Counted from the first letter of the stretch, positions 1 to 15,939 are shown. The stretch: 64,000 nt of DNA from the human T2T-CHM13v2.0 reference genome, Homo sapiens (GCF_009914755.1 NC_060928.1); one strand, 5' to 3'. Made by a program: numbers and translations. The notes: generated by a model not told the origin, from the letters alone.

Positions 1-1697
<1,697 letters not shown>

Positions 1698-2675
1698 CAG
1701 AAGTTTTATCTCTCAAGTTTTTTAATACATCATTTTACCCTCTCTCAGCCTACAAGGTTTCTGCTGAGAAATCCACTGATATTCTTATGAGGGGTCTATA
1801 ATATATGTTGAGTTGCTTTTCTCTTGCAACTTTCAAAATTCTCTCATCTTTGATTTTTGACAATTTAATCATAATTTGTCTAGTTTTAGATCTTTTAAAA
1901 TTCAATTTGGTAAACTTTGGGGCTCATGGATCTGCATGTCGATTTCTGTAGTTGGGTGAGGCTGCTGCCCAGGACTTGAGATTAAATTGATCTACTATCT
2001 GAGCTCTGTGTTCAGGTGAGGAAACTGGCTGAGCTTCCAAGTTGAGTGGGGCCACAGGCTGTGTCTCAGTTGGAAGGGGTTGCAAGCCATGACCTGCAAT
2101 CAAGCAGAGCTGCCACCTGTGCTCTGCATTTGGGCAGAGTAGCTGGCTTAGCTTTCTGCTTGGGTGGGTCTGCAAGGCTGTATCAAGATGCTGACTGGGG
2201 TTTTTGTTCAGGCTCTCTGCCCAATTGACCAAAGTCTGTATACTGATGGGTATGACCTCTGTCTCCCTTTTTTGTTTCTAGCTATCTCCCATTAGTCTGG
2301 CTCTGCCAATTCCCCGAGTATTTTCTGTGAGGAGAATTCCTACTTTCAGGAAGTACCAATGAACTCTGGAGAAGGTAGAAATCCATCTTGAGGTCTCTTC
2401 TCCATTGGAGAGACTGTAGGTTGGGGATAATCCTCTTGGTTGGTGTTGTGCAAGCTCAGGGTGGAGGGGGGATGCTGTGAAAAGGAAACCATTTCTTTTG
2501 CCTTTATAAGGTGGCTTTTCTCAGTTTATATATTCCAATGGGGTGCTGCAGACTCACCTCAGATTCTAGAACCTTCCAAGAGGTTTTCTTATCTGTAGAT
2601 AGTTGGTACTTGGTCTTTCTGTGAGAACAAAAGCTAGTTATCTCCTGTTCTTCCATCTTGCTGATATCCCTCCTG
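1698..2675 (-). mobile_element. Old L1M 5' region (ORF1 remnant plus 5' UTR) into which the L1PA inserted
   Basis: 'tttctgctgagaaatccactgat...ttctcttgcaactttcaaaattctc' is antisense L1M ORF1-like. 'ccatcttg' near 2654 is the antisense of the caagatgg L1 5' start motif. Confidence 0.7.
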
Positions 2676-3829
2676 AGTTCTATGTGTTGACTGAGGTTTT
2701 CAGGGATGTGAATCATGATAGGATTAGTCCTTACAGTCTTTCAAGAAGAGAGAACATGTGGATTAAACTGTAATTTTATTTTTGGGTTTGATCGCTTTCT
2801 TTTAATATAAGCTAGACATCATTGGAAGAATCAGTTTTCTCAGAGGCTTAGAAAATCTATTAGCTCCCTCATCAACTTTAAAATGGTGAAGTTGAGGAAA
2901 TGGTAGGACCTGTCTTAGCAAGATAGAGAATTATTTCTGTAAAGTTCTTTTCAGTATTGCTGTGGATGATGATATAAAGGCCCTAACCTAACCAGGCCCT
3001 GTCAGCAAAGTTAGTTACATTATTCTTTTTATATATTTCATTTGTTACGTAATTTAACTTTAGGTCATATATTTGAATCTCTCATTCTTAATCAATGACC
3101 AACACCATGACTGATTTCTTTCAGTTCTACTGTTATTAATATTTCACCCAATTTTTAAATTATAGCTTCTATACAATACATCTTTTTAATATTTGGCTAA
3201 TATTGATTATCCTGTGTTAAAAATGTATAAATAGTATTTAAGTCGTGACTGTGTTCAACATTATGAATGAACTTCTAGCAAAAGAAATGCCATGTGTTAC
3301 CATATCTGTGCTACGTCAGTGCTACTTGAAAGTATGTTTTAAGTGTTTGAAACAAGTTAAGCCTCTTTATTTTTGTCTTATAAATTGATTAGAATAAAAC
3401 TACTCGTGATTATTTTGTTAGTAAACAATGATTTCACTAAAATATTATTGATTCCTTGTAATATCTAATAATCATCTTTCTTCCTATTGACAAAAATGGA
3501 ACAGACCCCTATATCATTAGTATTTAATTTAATTCTATACTTGGCTGTACTATACTAGAAATAAATTATAAGTTATTTTTAAAGTTTTTCTCATAAAGTC
3601 ATCTGACTACCTCTTCTAATTACTTCTGATTTTTGGAAATGTATAGCACGCTATCAAATTGAAATTTCTTTAGTTATACTTTTTGGGTGTTTCAAAAATA
3701 GAATCTCTTCTTTTTGTTTTATTGTACTCCACTTTCATTTTAATGAGAGCATTTCGAGGATATCAATCTTTATTTACTTATTTTTAAAGGTACAGAAAAT
3801 ATTTTAGATAGTTTGTTTCTCTTATTGTT

Positions 3830-4440
3830 TATTTTGAATTCACATTAGGTTACTATTTTGGATTGCTATAGATTTTTTAATCTATAATCCTCTTTTGTCA
3901 GACCTCTAAATGCATTTTATTGCCTTCTTGAATCATGCCAATTGGAAGTGTGCTATCAATGTTATTTTATTTTTAAATAAGTAGTCTGTTTTTGTCTTCT
4001 TCCAAAAAATTTATTAACTTCTAAATGTTCACTAGAATGTATCAAGGTGCTGGCTGTTTTCCATTTATTGTGGATGCTACTGTGTAAAGAGCCTTTCAAT
4101 TTAAAGATTCTGGTCTTCGTTTGGCTCAGAAAAATGTTTTATTTCATTTTATTCTCTCTTACTGCACCCATCCCCATTTTTCTCAGTTTATATTGAAATA
4201 GGTTATAATCAAATGCTAAGCTTTTTGTATTTTCCAGCTGTTATCTTGATGCTCCAGTATTTTGACTGTTTTGTTACAGTCTATTTCATTTCTCCCTACC
4301 TGCTTTCAAGTTGTGCCTTCCTGGAACTCAGAAAATTGGCACCTAACTTCTTGACAGTTTTTTTCCTGTTGTTGTTATATTTGTCTACTTTATCTGTTAA
4401 TATAATCTTATTTACTTTTAGATTTCCAGAAATCCATGGA
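3830..4440 (-). mobile_element. Highly decayed L1M/HAL1-like ORF1 remnant
   Basis: Antisense motifs 'aaatgttcactagaatgtatcaaggtg' and 'gagcctttcaatttaaagattc'; boundaries approximate. Confidence 0.4.
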
Positions 4441-6964
4441 TATTTCTGGCCCATTAATAGATAGCTATTTCATTATTAGTGGGGTAAAGAATTTTTTTTC
4501 TTTCTTTGTGTCTTTTTGTTCTTTCTTTCTGTTTTTTTGCAAGGCAGAATGGAATAATAGAGCCCTAATTCATATACTGTATTTCATTTAAATAATCGTA
4601 CCTATGTGAAGGTATATGGTACCATGAAGAACAGATAAATTACCATACAATATGTCTATGTACTAAAGAATAAAATTACTTGAATGAATGAAAAAATATT
4701 TATGTGAGAGTATCATATCAGAAATTTTCATTTTTCATAAAAATGTAGTATAATTGAGAAATTAATTTAGAAATTCTACTTCAATATATGTAACATAGGG
4801 ACAATGACGAAATGTTATTTATTGTTGATTTCTATATATTCATTGTGCCTTATAAACCTAAATTGACAGTGGTTATGAAATAAAAGAATACTTTGGTGGT
4901 TAGATACCTTCAAATGTAGACTGATGAAGTAGCAGTCTGTTTATATTAAGCCTCAGGGATAGCCCTGGAGGAAGTATTTTTGTTTTTATGTAGGTTCAAG
5001 GATATAAGTGAGTAAAGTTACTCATTATTCACAATACCCTGGGGACATATATTTGATGTATGCATTTGAGTGAGGTTTTGTGTGTGTGTGTATGTATATG
5101 TGTGTACGTGTATGAGCTTAAACAGTTAGAATTCCTTTGGACTTATGAAAACAAACTTCCACAATTAAATAGTAAAATAACATCTCCTCCTACTTTTTTA
5201 TCCAAGCAACATACAATATTTGATCTAAAGAATTTTCATATTTTTTATTAATATAAATTACTTTTTTGAGGATTGTACCTACTAACCCAGTCATTTTGGT
5301 TTTATATATGTGAGAAACTGGTGTGAATAAAAGAAAACAAATACTCATGTTTTCAGATACATTTTCTCATGTATCCTTAGTCAATAAATTTCCAGAATTA
5401 ATAGTGAAATTTAATCTACTCTTTGGAAAACTCTAAATTTATCCAAGTTTACATCTCCTACACTGCATTATAACCTGGCAAAACAGAATAATCACCTCCT
5501 TTCTTACTGTAAAGTTAAGCAAACAGAGAGAGAAAAGGGCAGGTCAGGGAGCCTGAAGCCCACGTGGCAGTCTTCTTTCCTGCAAGTAATGACTGCACAG
5601 CATGACCTTGCCTCCCTCCACAGACTAAGGAAGCATAAACCCATCTCAAGCTAAAATACAAAACAGAAAATATTAAAATGAATATAGTATAATTTCTGTA
5701 AAAGATAAATAATCAAGAATAATTCTTCATAGGCTTATATAACTTTAATACAATTACAATTCTTATTAAGTAACGGGAAATGAAAAAATAAAAGGAATAA
5801 GCAATAAAAGAAAAAGATGTCTAGAATAATAGCAAAACTCCAAAGACTTTCTTTTTAATTTAATTTTTTTCATTATATCAGCTGTGATGATAAAACTAAA
5901 CTTCCTTATAAAGCAATCTTCAGTTCAATATTGTAAATTGTTTAAGCAATTCAAAATATTTTAAAAATCACACCTAAATTAATAACATAGCAGATTGTAT
6001 ATGTATATACACCATGCACACATATATTTAAACACAAACACACATACACATAAGCACAGACAAAATGATCTTTTCCTTTTATTTTAATGACTTCAATTAT
6101 TTGTAGCTTTTATACTGTATATGACATGCCAATGAAGTTAATCATATCAATTACAGATACTCTTCTTAAAATGTCTTATAATTTTTATTCTGTTTACTCT
6201 TGAAAATAGTGATGTATAAATTTATTTGTCACAATAAAATACAAAAGTCACTGCATTATAATGTGTTTAATTGTCTCATTAATTGTGCCCTCTTAAAAAG
6301 ATTGCCTTTGCAATTACAGAACTAGAGACAACAAATTAGATCCTAATAAACTACATAATAAAATAGATATAATAGGTAAAATTTATATTTTAGCAAAAGT
6401 TGCATTATTACTATTCACATGCAATCTTTTAAGATTCATGAAACACAATTGGGTTGGTTTCTATTGTTTGTGTGTGTGTATGTGTGTGTAATGTAGATTG
6501 GTTGATATCTTTAATAATGTTCCACTACTATACTAAGTATCTATTCCTTCCTTATAGAAAGTTTCTTGTCAGTATGACAAGTACAACTGGAACATCATGG
6601 ATAGAGGTGTGTGTTGTCGTTCTTGAATGACATTAAGTATATATGTACTGTAAATAGAGTAAAATTGTAAGGCATTTCAATAAAATTAATTGTAACTGAT
6701 TTGATTAATTTCACTGGCATGCCAAGTGCATTACATTAAGATATTAGATAAGTATCATCAAATAATATATATGTAATTTTTATAATGATGAACTACCATG
6801 TGACACAGTATTGGCATGCTATCCCATTAAATAAACCACAATCAAGAAGTTCTTTAGATTAACTTCTTAATTTTGCCAATAGTTTCTCAATATTTCAAAG
6901 AAGAATTGCACTTTAATACCACATAATTTTTTCTAAGATCTTTCTTGGTGTCTTCGTTAAAAAT

Positions 6965-7190
6965 GTAAACTCTGGAGTCATATATCTGGATTTGAGTTCT
7001 AATTTCTACATTAATAAGTAGTTGTGACTTTAAACACTTTTTGTAACCTTTGGTGAATATCATTCCTTTTGTGAAAAATAAGACTAAACATACCTATATT
7101 TTAGGGTTGTTCTGAAAATTAAATGATTCGAAGCACAGAAAAATTACTTAGAACTAAGAATAACAAGCATTCCATAAATACCAGTAACTA
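6965..7190 (+). mobile_element. MIR SINE
   Basis: 'ctctggagtca...ctggatttgagttctaatttctac...tgtgacttt...ttagggttgttctgaaaattaaatga' follows the MIR consensus order. Confidence 0.7.
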
Positions 7191-8029
7191 GTCTATTTCA
7201 TGTATCTGCCATTAGTCCCATGGCAACTGATCTTCTTTTGCTTCTCTTATTTCTATTTTTTGGCAATCTATATCTAGTTTTCTTAAAATTCTTGTCCCCT
7301 TGTATCTATCTGCTTCCCCCCACAACCCCCACTCTCTCTCACTAAGTATGTCTGGTCATTTCCCAATTCTCAAACTTGTTAGCTCCTGCCAAATATAGTG
7401 TCAAGAATCTAGCAGGCAAAAGCGAAATTTCCTTACCTGGCAGCTTGAGAGGTCAAGGATGTGTATTACTGTAACTACAGCATTCAAAATTACAGGAAGG
7501 AGAGAATACCAATTTTATTTTAAGTTAATTATTGATGTATTAAAAGTATTCTATATCCTTAAGAATCACATCAGTTTCAAGGACAACCCTTTTTCCTGAT
7601 CACTTGGCTACATTGCAAAATTTTTCAAAGGTCACATAGTAGCTAGATGTATAATTTATTAAATTGAATGATTTTAGAATGTAACTAAATTTAGGTATGT
7701 TCCATTCCCTTAATTACTTGTACAAAGTGTTCTTATGTTAGGAACTTAAAAGGAGTTATGAAATAAATGCTTTTGACATAGTATTGGAAAATCCTATTAT
7801 AGATCATATAAATTTATAAGCAACTAACGTAGTTTATTACTAACATGTCATAGACATCATTTTTTAAAGGATTATGAAGGGATTAAAGATAAACATTGGG
7901 TTAAAGCATTACACTAAAAATGTGAAGTGCATTACCATTTGAAGTACACTTATCTTTTCTCCAATTCCTTGTACTTCAACAATCAGAAGGTCTTAAATAT
8001 ACATGATGACACTCAAAAATGCATTTATA

Positions 8030-8378
8030 ATTTAAATTAACACAATCAGAACTTGAATTGGCAAATATTCCATTTTCTTTTTAAGAAATTTTAATTAATA
8101 ACTTTAACAGAGTTATAAAACTGTGAAATACCTTTCTATCTGTGAGGGGAAAAAAATCATGTAATCATCTGTCAGTTACCTGCATAATAAAGTGAGTTAC
8201 AAAATCCTTTGTTATCCCTATAAGATAGTTCATGCTGCAGAAGGGTAATAATTTAGGAGAAAGTATAAAGACCTGTAAGAAAAAGAAAATGGTCTCTCAT
8301 CTTGACTTTGATACTAAAACTCTATAACCTCAGTAAGTTAGCTTTCTGAGTCTCAAGTTTCTTCTTTGGAAAATAAAG
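8030..8378 (+). repeat. Copy 1 of a ~350 bp local direct duplication; its 3' end overlaps a MIR3-like relic (~8265-8435)
   Basis: Aligns by eye to 9994-10349 over its whole length. Confidence 0.95.
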
Positions 8379-9494
8379 GATTTTGTCTATTGATTCTGAA
8401 ATTTTTCATTCTTTTAAAAATTAGTAAATTCTATTACAAGCTCAATTACCTCATTCTCTTTGATGGTCCAAAGAAAGTATGATTAGCAAATATATTAAAC
8501 GTTTTGATCTAAATTTAGATTGTGTCTTTGATTCATTTCCCAACTTGGCACAGTATCTAGAACAAATAGAATATAGAAAGGCTTGTAAAGTAGACATGAA
8601 GAATGGGAAAGTTTAAAGTTATGCGTTTAAATATATTTACAGATTATGCTAAGTGTGGAAGATCCAAAGATAAAGAAGTAGCGTTTCCTTAGGAAAATTT
8701 AAAGACTAATAGCTTCTCTTTCATTAGCCTTTGCTATGGCCACTTCATCATGATGGTTTAAACTCAGAAGTATCTGTCATCCCAGACAGATATTTTTGTT
8801 GGCCCTGAGGCTAAAATCATTTATTAAAATTCAACCTGAAAACTATTAATTTTTGTTACAGTTTGACTGAATTAAAATGACTTCCTGAAAATTGTTAATG
8901 TCCTTTTTATTCAGCTTTTTATCTTGAGATCATGTTAAATTTACACACTATGTTGATATTGTGTGGAAATCCCCAAGCATCAGGAAAAATGTAAATAAAT
9001 ATAAATATAGACAGCCTCTCTTTAGTAAAACTAAGGTTTATATTTCATTTTGGAGAATAGATTAGTAGAAAATCTCCAAGGTCTTTCTTTAATGTTTGTC
9101 ACTGTTACCACCCAAAAAAGATAAACCACCAATTCATGAAAGAAAAAATAAGGTCATAAATTATTAGTGCATCCCTTTTTGGCTGGTGATAGGGGCCTTG
9201 ATCAAAGTATAAAGACCTAAGATCTTTCAGAAGAATGTGCTGGCCATATTAAGGCAAAACACTCCTGCACTTTTTTATTTTACAGGGAATTTATTGAAGA
9301 GTTTCTGTCCACAACTTTAATCCTACAATATGAACTATACATAAAGTAGACAGGAGGTTTTTATTTGAGGTCAAAGAAATTGCCTGTCAGAAATACATAG
9401 TGGGGCAAAGATTTTGATATGTACATAGCTTAAAATGTAGCTTAAAAATGTCAGTATTAAAAATAAATATTTGACCGATGATTTAAAGAGATGA

Positions 9495-9625
9495 GGCTGG
9501 GTGTGGTGGCTCACGCCTGAAATCCCAGCACTTTGGGAGACCGAGGCTGACATCTCATTTGAGGTCAGGAGTTCTAGACCAGCCTGGCCAAAATGGTGAA
9601 ACTCCTTCTTTACCAATAAATAAAT
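9495..9625 (+). mobile_element. Alu left monomer (FLAM-like or truncated Alu)
   Basis: 'ggctgggtgtggtggctcacgcctgaaatcccagcactttggga...gaccagcctggcc' followed by an A-rich tail; no right arm. Confidence 0.9.
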
Positions 9626-9993
9626 AAGACAAGACAATAATTGATTCAACTAAATAATAAGATATAGGAAATATAGAGAGAATTTATGTTATCTCCTCTG
9701 ATATGAAGGGTAAGAATAGGAGAATAGGTAAACATCTAGAATCCATTTGCAGTGATAAAGCAAATACAGGTTGGCCACAGAACAGTTGACAACAAAGTCT
9801 TAGTCTGGACTTCTTTCTTGCCTGGACTAAACGAACAATAAAATTATAAAATAAAGTTTCAGAGATTTTGAGGAAAAAAATGTGGTTACTTTACATGACA
9901 AAATCATATTTTTTTAAATAAAAAAAGAAGACAAAGAAAAAGAAGAGGAGGAGGAGAAAAAGGAGGAGGCGGAGAAAGAATAATATATTTATC

Positions 9994-10349
9994 ATTTAAA
10001 TTAACATAATCAGAACTTGAATTAGCAAGTTCTGCTTGCTAATTTGCTTTTAAGAAATTTTAAGTAATAACTTTAACAGAGTTATAAAACTGTGAAACAC
10101 CTTTCTATTTGTGAGGAAAAAACATCATGTAATCACTTGTCAGTTACCTGCGTAATAAAGTGAGTTACAAAGTCTTTTGTTATCCTTGTAAGATAGTTCA
10201 TGTTGCAAAAGGGTAATAATTTAGGAGAAAGTATAAAGACCTGTAAGAAAAAGAAAATGGTCTCTCATCTTGACTTTGATACTAAAACTATATAACCTCA
10301 GCTAAGTTAGCTTTCTGAGTCTCAACTTTCTTGTTTGGAAAAATAAAAG
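9994..10349 (+). repeat. Copy 2 of the ~350 bp local direct duplication
   Basis: Aligns to 8030-8378; about 20 differences counted by eye outside a divergent patch at ~10024-10047. Confidence 0.95.
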
Positions 10350-10425
10350 AATTAATAATAAAATAGAAGAGTTAATAAAATAAAGCTACTTGGAGTTCAC
10401 AAACACATCTATAACTGCTAAGATT

Positions 10426-10903
10426 TGTCTTAGGATTCTCCAGAAAGACAGAACCAATAGAATCTATGTATCTATGCATGTATGCAGGTAAGTAGGTAGG
10501 TAAGTAGGTAGGTAGGTATCTATCTATCTTTTATTTATGAAGAAAAATTCATTTTGAAGAATGGCTCACACAATTATGAAGGCTGGCAAGTCCCAATTAC
10601 TCAGGGTAGGCAGGCAGGCTTGCTGCAGACCCAGGGAATAGCTGATGTTTCAGTTCAATTTCCAAGGCTATCATCTGACAAAATTCTCTCTTGTTTGGAG
10701 GAGGTCAGCCTTTTGTTCTATTTGGATCTTTAACTAATTGGATGAGGGCCACCAACATTATAGAAGACAATCTACACAAAGTCCACCAATTTATGATAAG
10801 CCCTGCCAAAAACACCCTCACAGAAACAACCAAAATTAGGTTTGACCACACATATCTGGGCCCCATGACCTAGTCAAGTTGACACATAAAATTAACCTTC
10901 ACA
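10426..10903 (-). mobile_element. ERVL solo LTR, MLT2 family (MLT2C/D-like), with an internal (TAGG)n/(TATC)n tract
   Basis: Begins 'tgtcttaggattctccagaaagacagaaccaatag' and ends 'caagttgacacataaaattaaccttcaca'; 5 bp TSD agatt/ggatt. Confidence 0.88.
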
Positions 10904-10928
10904 GGATTATGTCTGAAAGTGTACATAG

Positions 10929-11283
<355 letters not shown>

Positions 11284-11284
11284 C

Positions 11285-11470
11285 TTCTGTCTCTTATAAG
11301 GAGTGAGACATTTGTCAAATTACTCCACCTATTTGAGTGCTTTTTTTTTCTGATGATGGTAATAATAATCCCTATTTTGTGATGTTCTAAAGACTAGATG
11401 AGGTAATAAAGACAAAGTCCTAGATATGCAGTAGGTAGTTAATAAATGTATCTATCACTATATTATTATT
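11285..11470 (+). mobile_element. MIR SINE, 3' part
   Basis: 'gtcaaattactccacct...gatggtaataataatcc...gtaggtagttaataaatg' ending in a tattatt tail. Confidence 0.55.
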
Positions 11471-12449
11471 AATATGCTTACAGTGTTATAATTATTATTA
11501 TAATAACATGTGCCACTGCTTACATTATCTTTTCTTGTGTGGACATTGAAAGAGAAGCAATGAAAATGAAACATATATTTAAAGGATATTTCAGTATAAA
11601 GAGATTAATTGGCATTTTGGAAATAAAAAACTATTTGATTTTTGTGATCAATTTATCAAAATCAATCAAATTAACCTGAGAGAAACCATGTATGTTATTG
11701 CCTTCTCTTTGGGCATTGAGAATGTGTAACTTCTGGGTAGGACATGTTTTCTAGACTTCTCTATCCCCTAAGGTGTCAACATATTTCAAAATATAATAGT
11801 TATTATTTTAACAGCTATATACTGTCAGCTTAAGTATTTACTCATGAATAAAACTTTTAAGTGTTTCATGACAAGTATAGTCAAACTGGGGAACCAACAA
11901 TACATGAAACAGTGGATTATTTTCGTGCAATGCTCAGGATAGATTTTCTAAAATTACCTTTCATGAGATTTGAGGTGTGTTACCAGGAACTAAAGAAAAA
12001 CCCAATTTTATTAGCTTGATAAAATATCTAGATATTGGTTTTAATTTAGAGATAATTTTATTAAATTAGGTGATAAAATTTTTCAGGACTTATGCATTCC
12101 CCCTTTGCATGTTAAGAAATTATTTTTCTTCTATGTGTTCTCTAACTTCATAGTTTTTTCTTTCATGTTAATTTTTTAATCCATAAAAATATTGAATTAA
12201 AGTTCAAAATGCAAATAAAAATATGATATTGAATAAAAATCCAACTGTCTATAAGATCTAAACTTATACACTATGTTTGTGTATGGGTGCAGGCATGTGT
12301 GTATTTGAGAAGTATAACTAGGGCAGCCATTCTAGGAAGCCATTTGGTAGACCTTAATACATTTAGTACCAGCAAAATCCTTGTTTATGTTCTCATAAAA
12401 ACCAATATGAACATTGTTTGCAAGTGGAAAAGATGTGAAAACAATCTAG

Positions 12450-12660
<211 letters not shown>

Positions 12661-13653
12661 TCTAGGTGTTTATTATCAGTTAAGGGAGTAGGTAAATGAT
12701 AATATATGCCTACAATGAAGTACAGTACAGCATCAGAATTTATAAGACAATGTCAATTCATAAACTAAGCACATATATAGGCACACACATTCTTAAAGCA
12801 ATGTTATGTATTCTTCAGATACCTCAAAAGTGTAAATTTTAGTGATATCATACTCAGTTATATAAATAAGGCTCATAGAACCTGGAATACTTGATTTCTT
12901 TATTTATGGATGTTTGTACATAGGTTATTACTGCTAAATAACAATCTTGCTTACTTTGCACTTGCTTACAAACACCACATAATGTAGGAGAGACGTTATG
13001 TGAACTAATCCCTTTATTAGTAGAAAAAAATTAAGTTCACATTTTCTCTGTTCTGAAAATTTTGCTAATTTGAAATAAATCTTTTTGGTAAGCAAAAACT
13101 TCTGTTATGGCAAGCTAGCTTACCAAAAAGAAGAAAATATAAAGACTGTGATCACCTTTTCATATTTGGTTAAAATACATATTTTATTTCTATCTTTTTA
13201 TTGTGGAAGTAAAAAAGGAAAGTCAGGGGCGATGGTAAGCAAAGAACATTATTAGCCAAACGGATGAAAATTGTCTGCGAAAGGACAAAGAAATAAAGAA
13301 AATAAAATATATTATTATAGAAATTATTAGGAAACATCACAGCTTCTAAATTTCTTATTTTAAAGTATAGAAAATGAAGGCATACTAAGGAAAGAGATTA
13401 TCTACCAAAATAAACATTTTGCTGTTTAGAAGAAAAAAAAAACCTTCTGTTTATCTGACTGCCTTTTACCTAGTTTAAATGTAGAATGAAACATATCACT
13501 TGTAGGAAATCAAGATAAATTTTAGTGCTTTTAATATTCTTAAACTTTGTTTTTAAATTCAGAGAGCTTTGAAGGCATATGAAGCTGAAAAGTGTCCTTC
13601 TAAGTTCTTCTAGGAAATAATAGCTTAATTGAGTTTATAGAATGGTAATATCT

Positions 13654-13850
13654 GGCCAGTTATCACAGTTCTTTAGAGCCTGATATTAAGGAGACCAAGA
13701 ACATGAGTTCAATCCCTCAAGGAACTCGTGACCATGTTCCTTGGGCAAATGCTTTCCTAATCATCCCTCAAGGCATCTCTCTGATTCATGCCACTCATCT
13801 TAGAAGCCTGAATAAGGGAACGTGAATGAATCACTGCTATGGGAAATTAA
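13654..13850 (+). mobile_element. Ancient tRNA-Ile-headed SINE (MamSINE1-like)
   Basis: 'ggccagttatcacagttctttagagcctgatattaaggagaccaagaacatgagttcaatccc' is a decayed match to tRNA-Ile(AAT) GGCCGGTTAGCTCAGTTGGTTAGAGC...GGTTCGATCCC. It is followed by a body resembling MamSINE1. Confidence 0.65.
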
Positions 13851-14711
13851 AGATAATGGAGCCAGTAAAACCCTAGTGGCATTCTAAAGGAAGTGACTAC
13901 CTAAAATAAAATGCCTAGTAATTTGTCAAAAGCTATGTTTCTTTCTTTTCTAGTTTTGTTTCAGTGTGCAAGCATCTTTTTTATGGTGGGTTTTGGCCAT
14001 GCTATGCTACAGCTGAATTTGTCATGATCAGTCTATTCAATGTGCCTGTATGTTCTAGATGCAAATAGAATCTACATCAGCCCAAACTGATAATTCACAT
14101 TGCCTAGAATATCTCTTATGCCAGTTCCATTGAAGGAATTTCCAAAACAAGTTTAGCTGAAAGACACCTTTGCCTGAAATATCCAGACAGGCAAAATATT
14201 TTTGATTCTTGTTAGTTGCATTCCTCGAATCACAGAGCCAGGTCTTTACTTATGTGATTAAAACTACCTCTTATTCAATTTTAATTGAGCTAAAATAACT
14301 ATACTTTGAAAGACATATGAAATTTATTTTTGGTGTAATTTAAAAATCTCATTAATTATCTTGAGGTAGAAAATTCCCTTTGCATTAATTTATGTTTCAA
14401 ATTACAGTGACTTCTTTGATATTTAATGATAATTTAAGCAAATGTGGTAAGAGCATTACCTCACACATAATGCATCATGTGTAACCACACATTATGTAAG
14501 CATATGATTTTATAAATTAAAAAGTTATTTAGATTATTCGTTAAGATCAAAAAGTCACGCACTGGTTATTTAATCTTGTACAAAAATAATGACATCAGAA
14601 ATTACATATCACTAGAAAATAATGCAGATTGCTATGTAAGATATCATTAATCTGAGATGCAGCTACACGAATCTAAAAAATATCTTTCACCATGTTCCTA
14701 AGTGTATTTAC

Positions 14712-15161
14712 TGTGAAAGGAAAATAAATCTTGGAAACCTTGGGGCCCCGAAGTCGCTAAGCTAAAGGGAAAAGTCAATCTATGAACTGCTTAGGGGGAA
14801 ACTTGCCTCCCCTTCTATTCAGTCATCCCTCTTCTCACTGAGATAAATGCATATCTGATCGCCTCCTTAGGAAAGGCTAATCAGAAACTCAGCAACCCTT
14901 TGTCTCTCACCTACCTGTGACCTAGAAGCCCCTTCCCTGCTTGAATTGTCCCGGCTTTCTGGATGGAACCAATGTACATCTTACATCTATTGATCGATGT
15001 TTCATGTCTCCCTAACATGTATAAAACCAAGCTGTGCCCCGACAACCTTGGGCACATGACCTCAGGACATCCTGAGGCTGTATCGGGGTGCACATCCTCA
15101 ACCTTGGCAAAATAAACTTTCTAAATGAACTGAGACCAGTCTCAGATTTTCAGGACTCACA
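14712..15161 (+). mobile_element. ERV1 solo LTR, MER4A/MER4A1
   Basis: TG...CA ends ('tgtgaaaggaaaataaatctt' ... 'ggactcaca'), TATA-like 'tataaaa', AATAAA near the 3' end, and a perfect 4 bp TSD ttac/ttac. Confidence 0.92.
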
Positions 15162-15939
15162 TTACAAATTAAAAATTTCAGAATATTGAGATAAATAGGA
15201 GATTGCTTTGTTGTTCTAGGACTTAAGAATCTTAAATAATCAAAGATTTGCTCAAAGCCATTTTCAACACAGCCCTGTCAAACAGGTTCTTAATGTGTTT
15301 TTTGTATGCATCGAGAAGATTCAAGACTTGTCATGGTCTGTTGAGCTGACTGACTTTAAACCTTGAAGACTTATTGGTGTCCCTATGGAAAGGAAAAAGA
15401 ATGAATTCAGTAGCATACCTTCCTTGAAATCCAGTCCTAATGTCTAAGAGCTTTAAAATTAGCAGTGAGCCCAGGGGAGTCATTTAGTGCTGCTCTGACT
15501 ATTAAAGCATAAAAAGTCTTTAGTTTTGAATTTTAGGAAGCTTAAAAATTTTGTTTTATCTTAATATGAATCCAAGACTTTATTTTTAATTTGATAAATG
15601 TACAAGGCACAATGCCTTTTCTTGTTTGCCGTTTCTTACAGATGGCATACCATAAGAAACAAACTTTCTCTGCCTGAAAATCAAAGTCCTGGATGGATCA
15701 TTTAATTCTTCATACATCATAGTTATTTTTAAAGGGAGACATATTGCTGCACATGAAGTTGACCCAGTCAGGTAACCTAACTCTGTAAACTCTCAACCCT
15801 GATCAGCCGCATAGTGAATGTTCTGTCTCCTAATCTGGCATTATAGACAGATCCTGACTTATTTCTGAGTATAAAGTGAACCTGAAGAGTATTTTAAATA
15901 AAATGGAAGGGATATTCTGTTATTTAGTGATTATTAGGT

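Noticed and set aside
13654-13727. Functional tRNA-Ile gene
   Set aside because: The D-loop GG, anticodon arm and acceptor stem are degraded, and the sequence continues into a SINE-like body.
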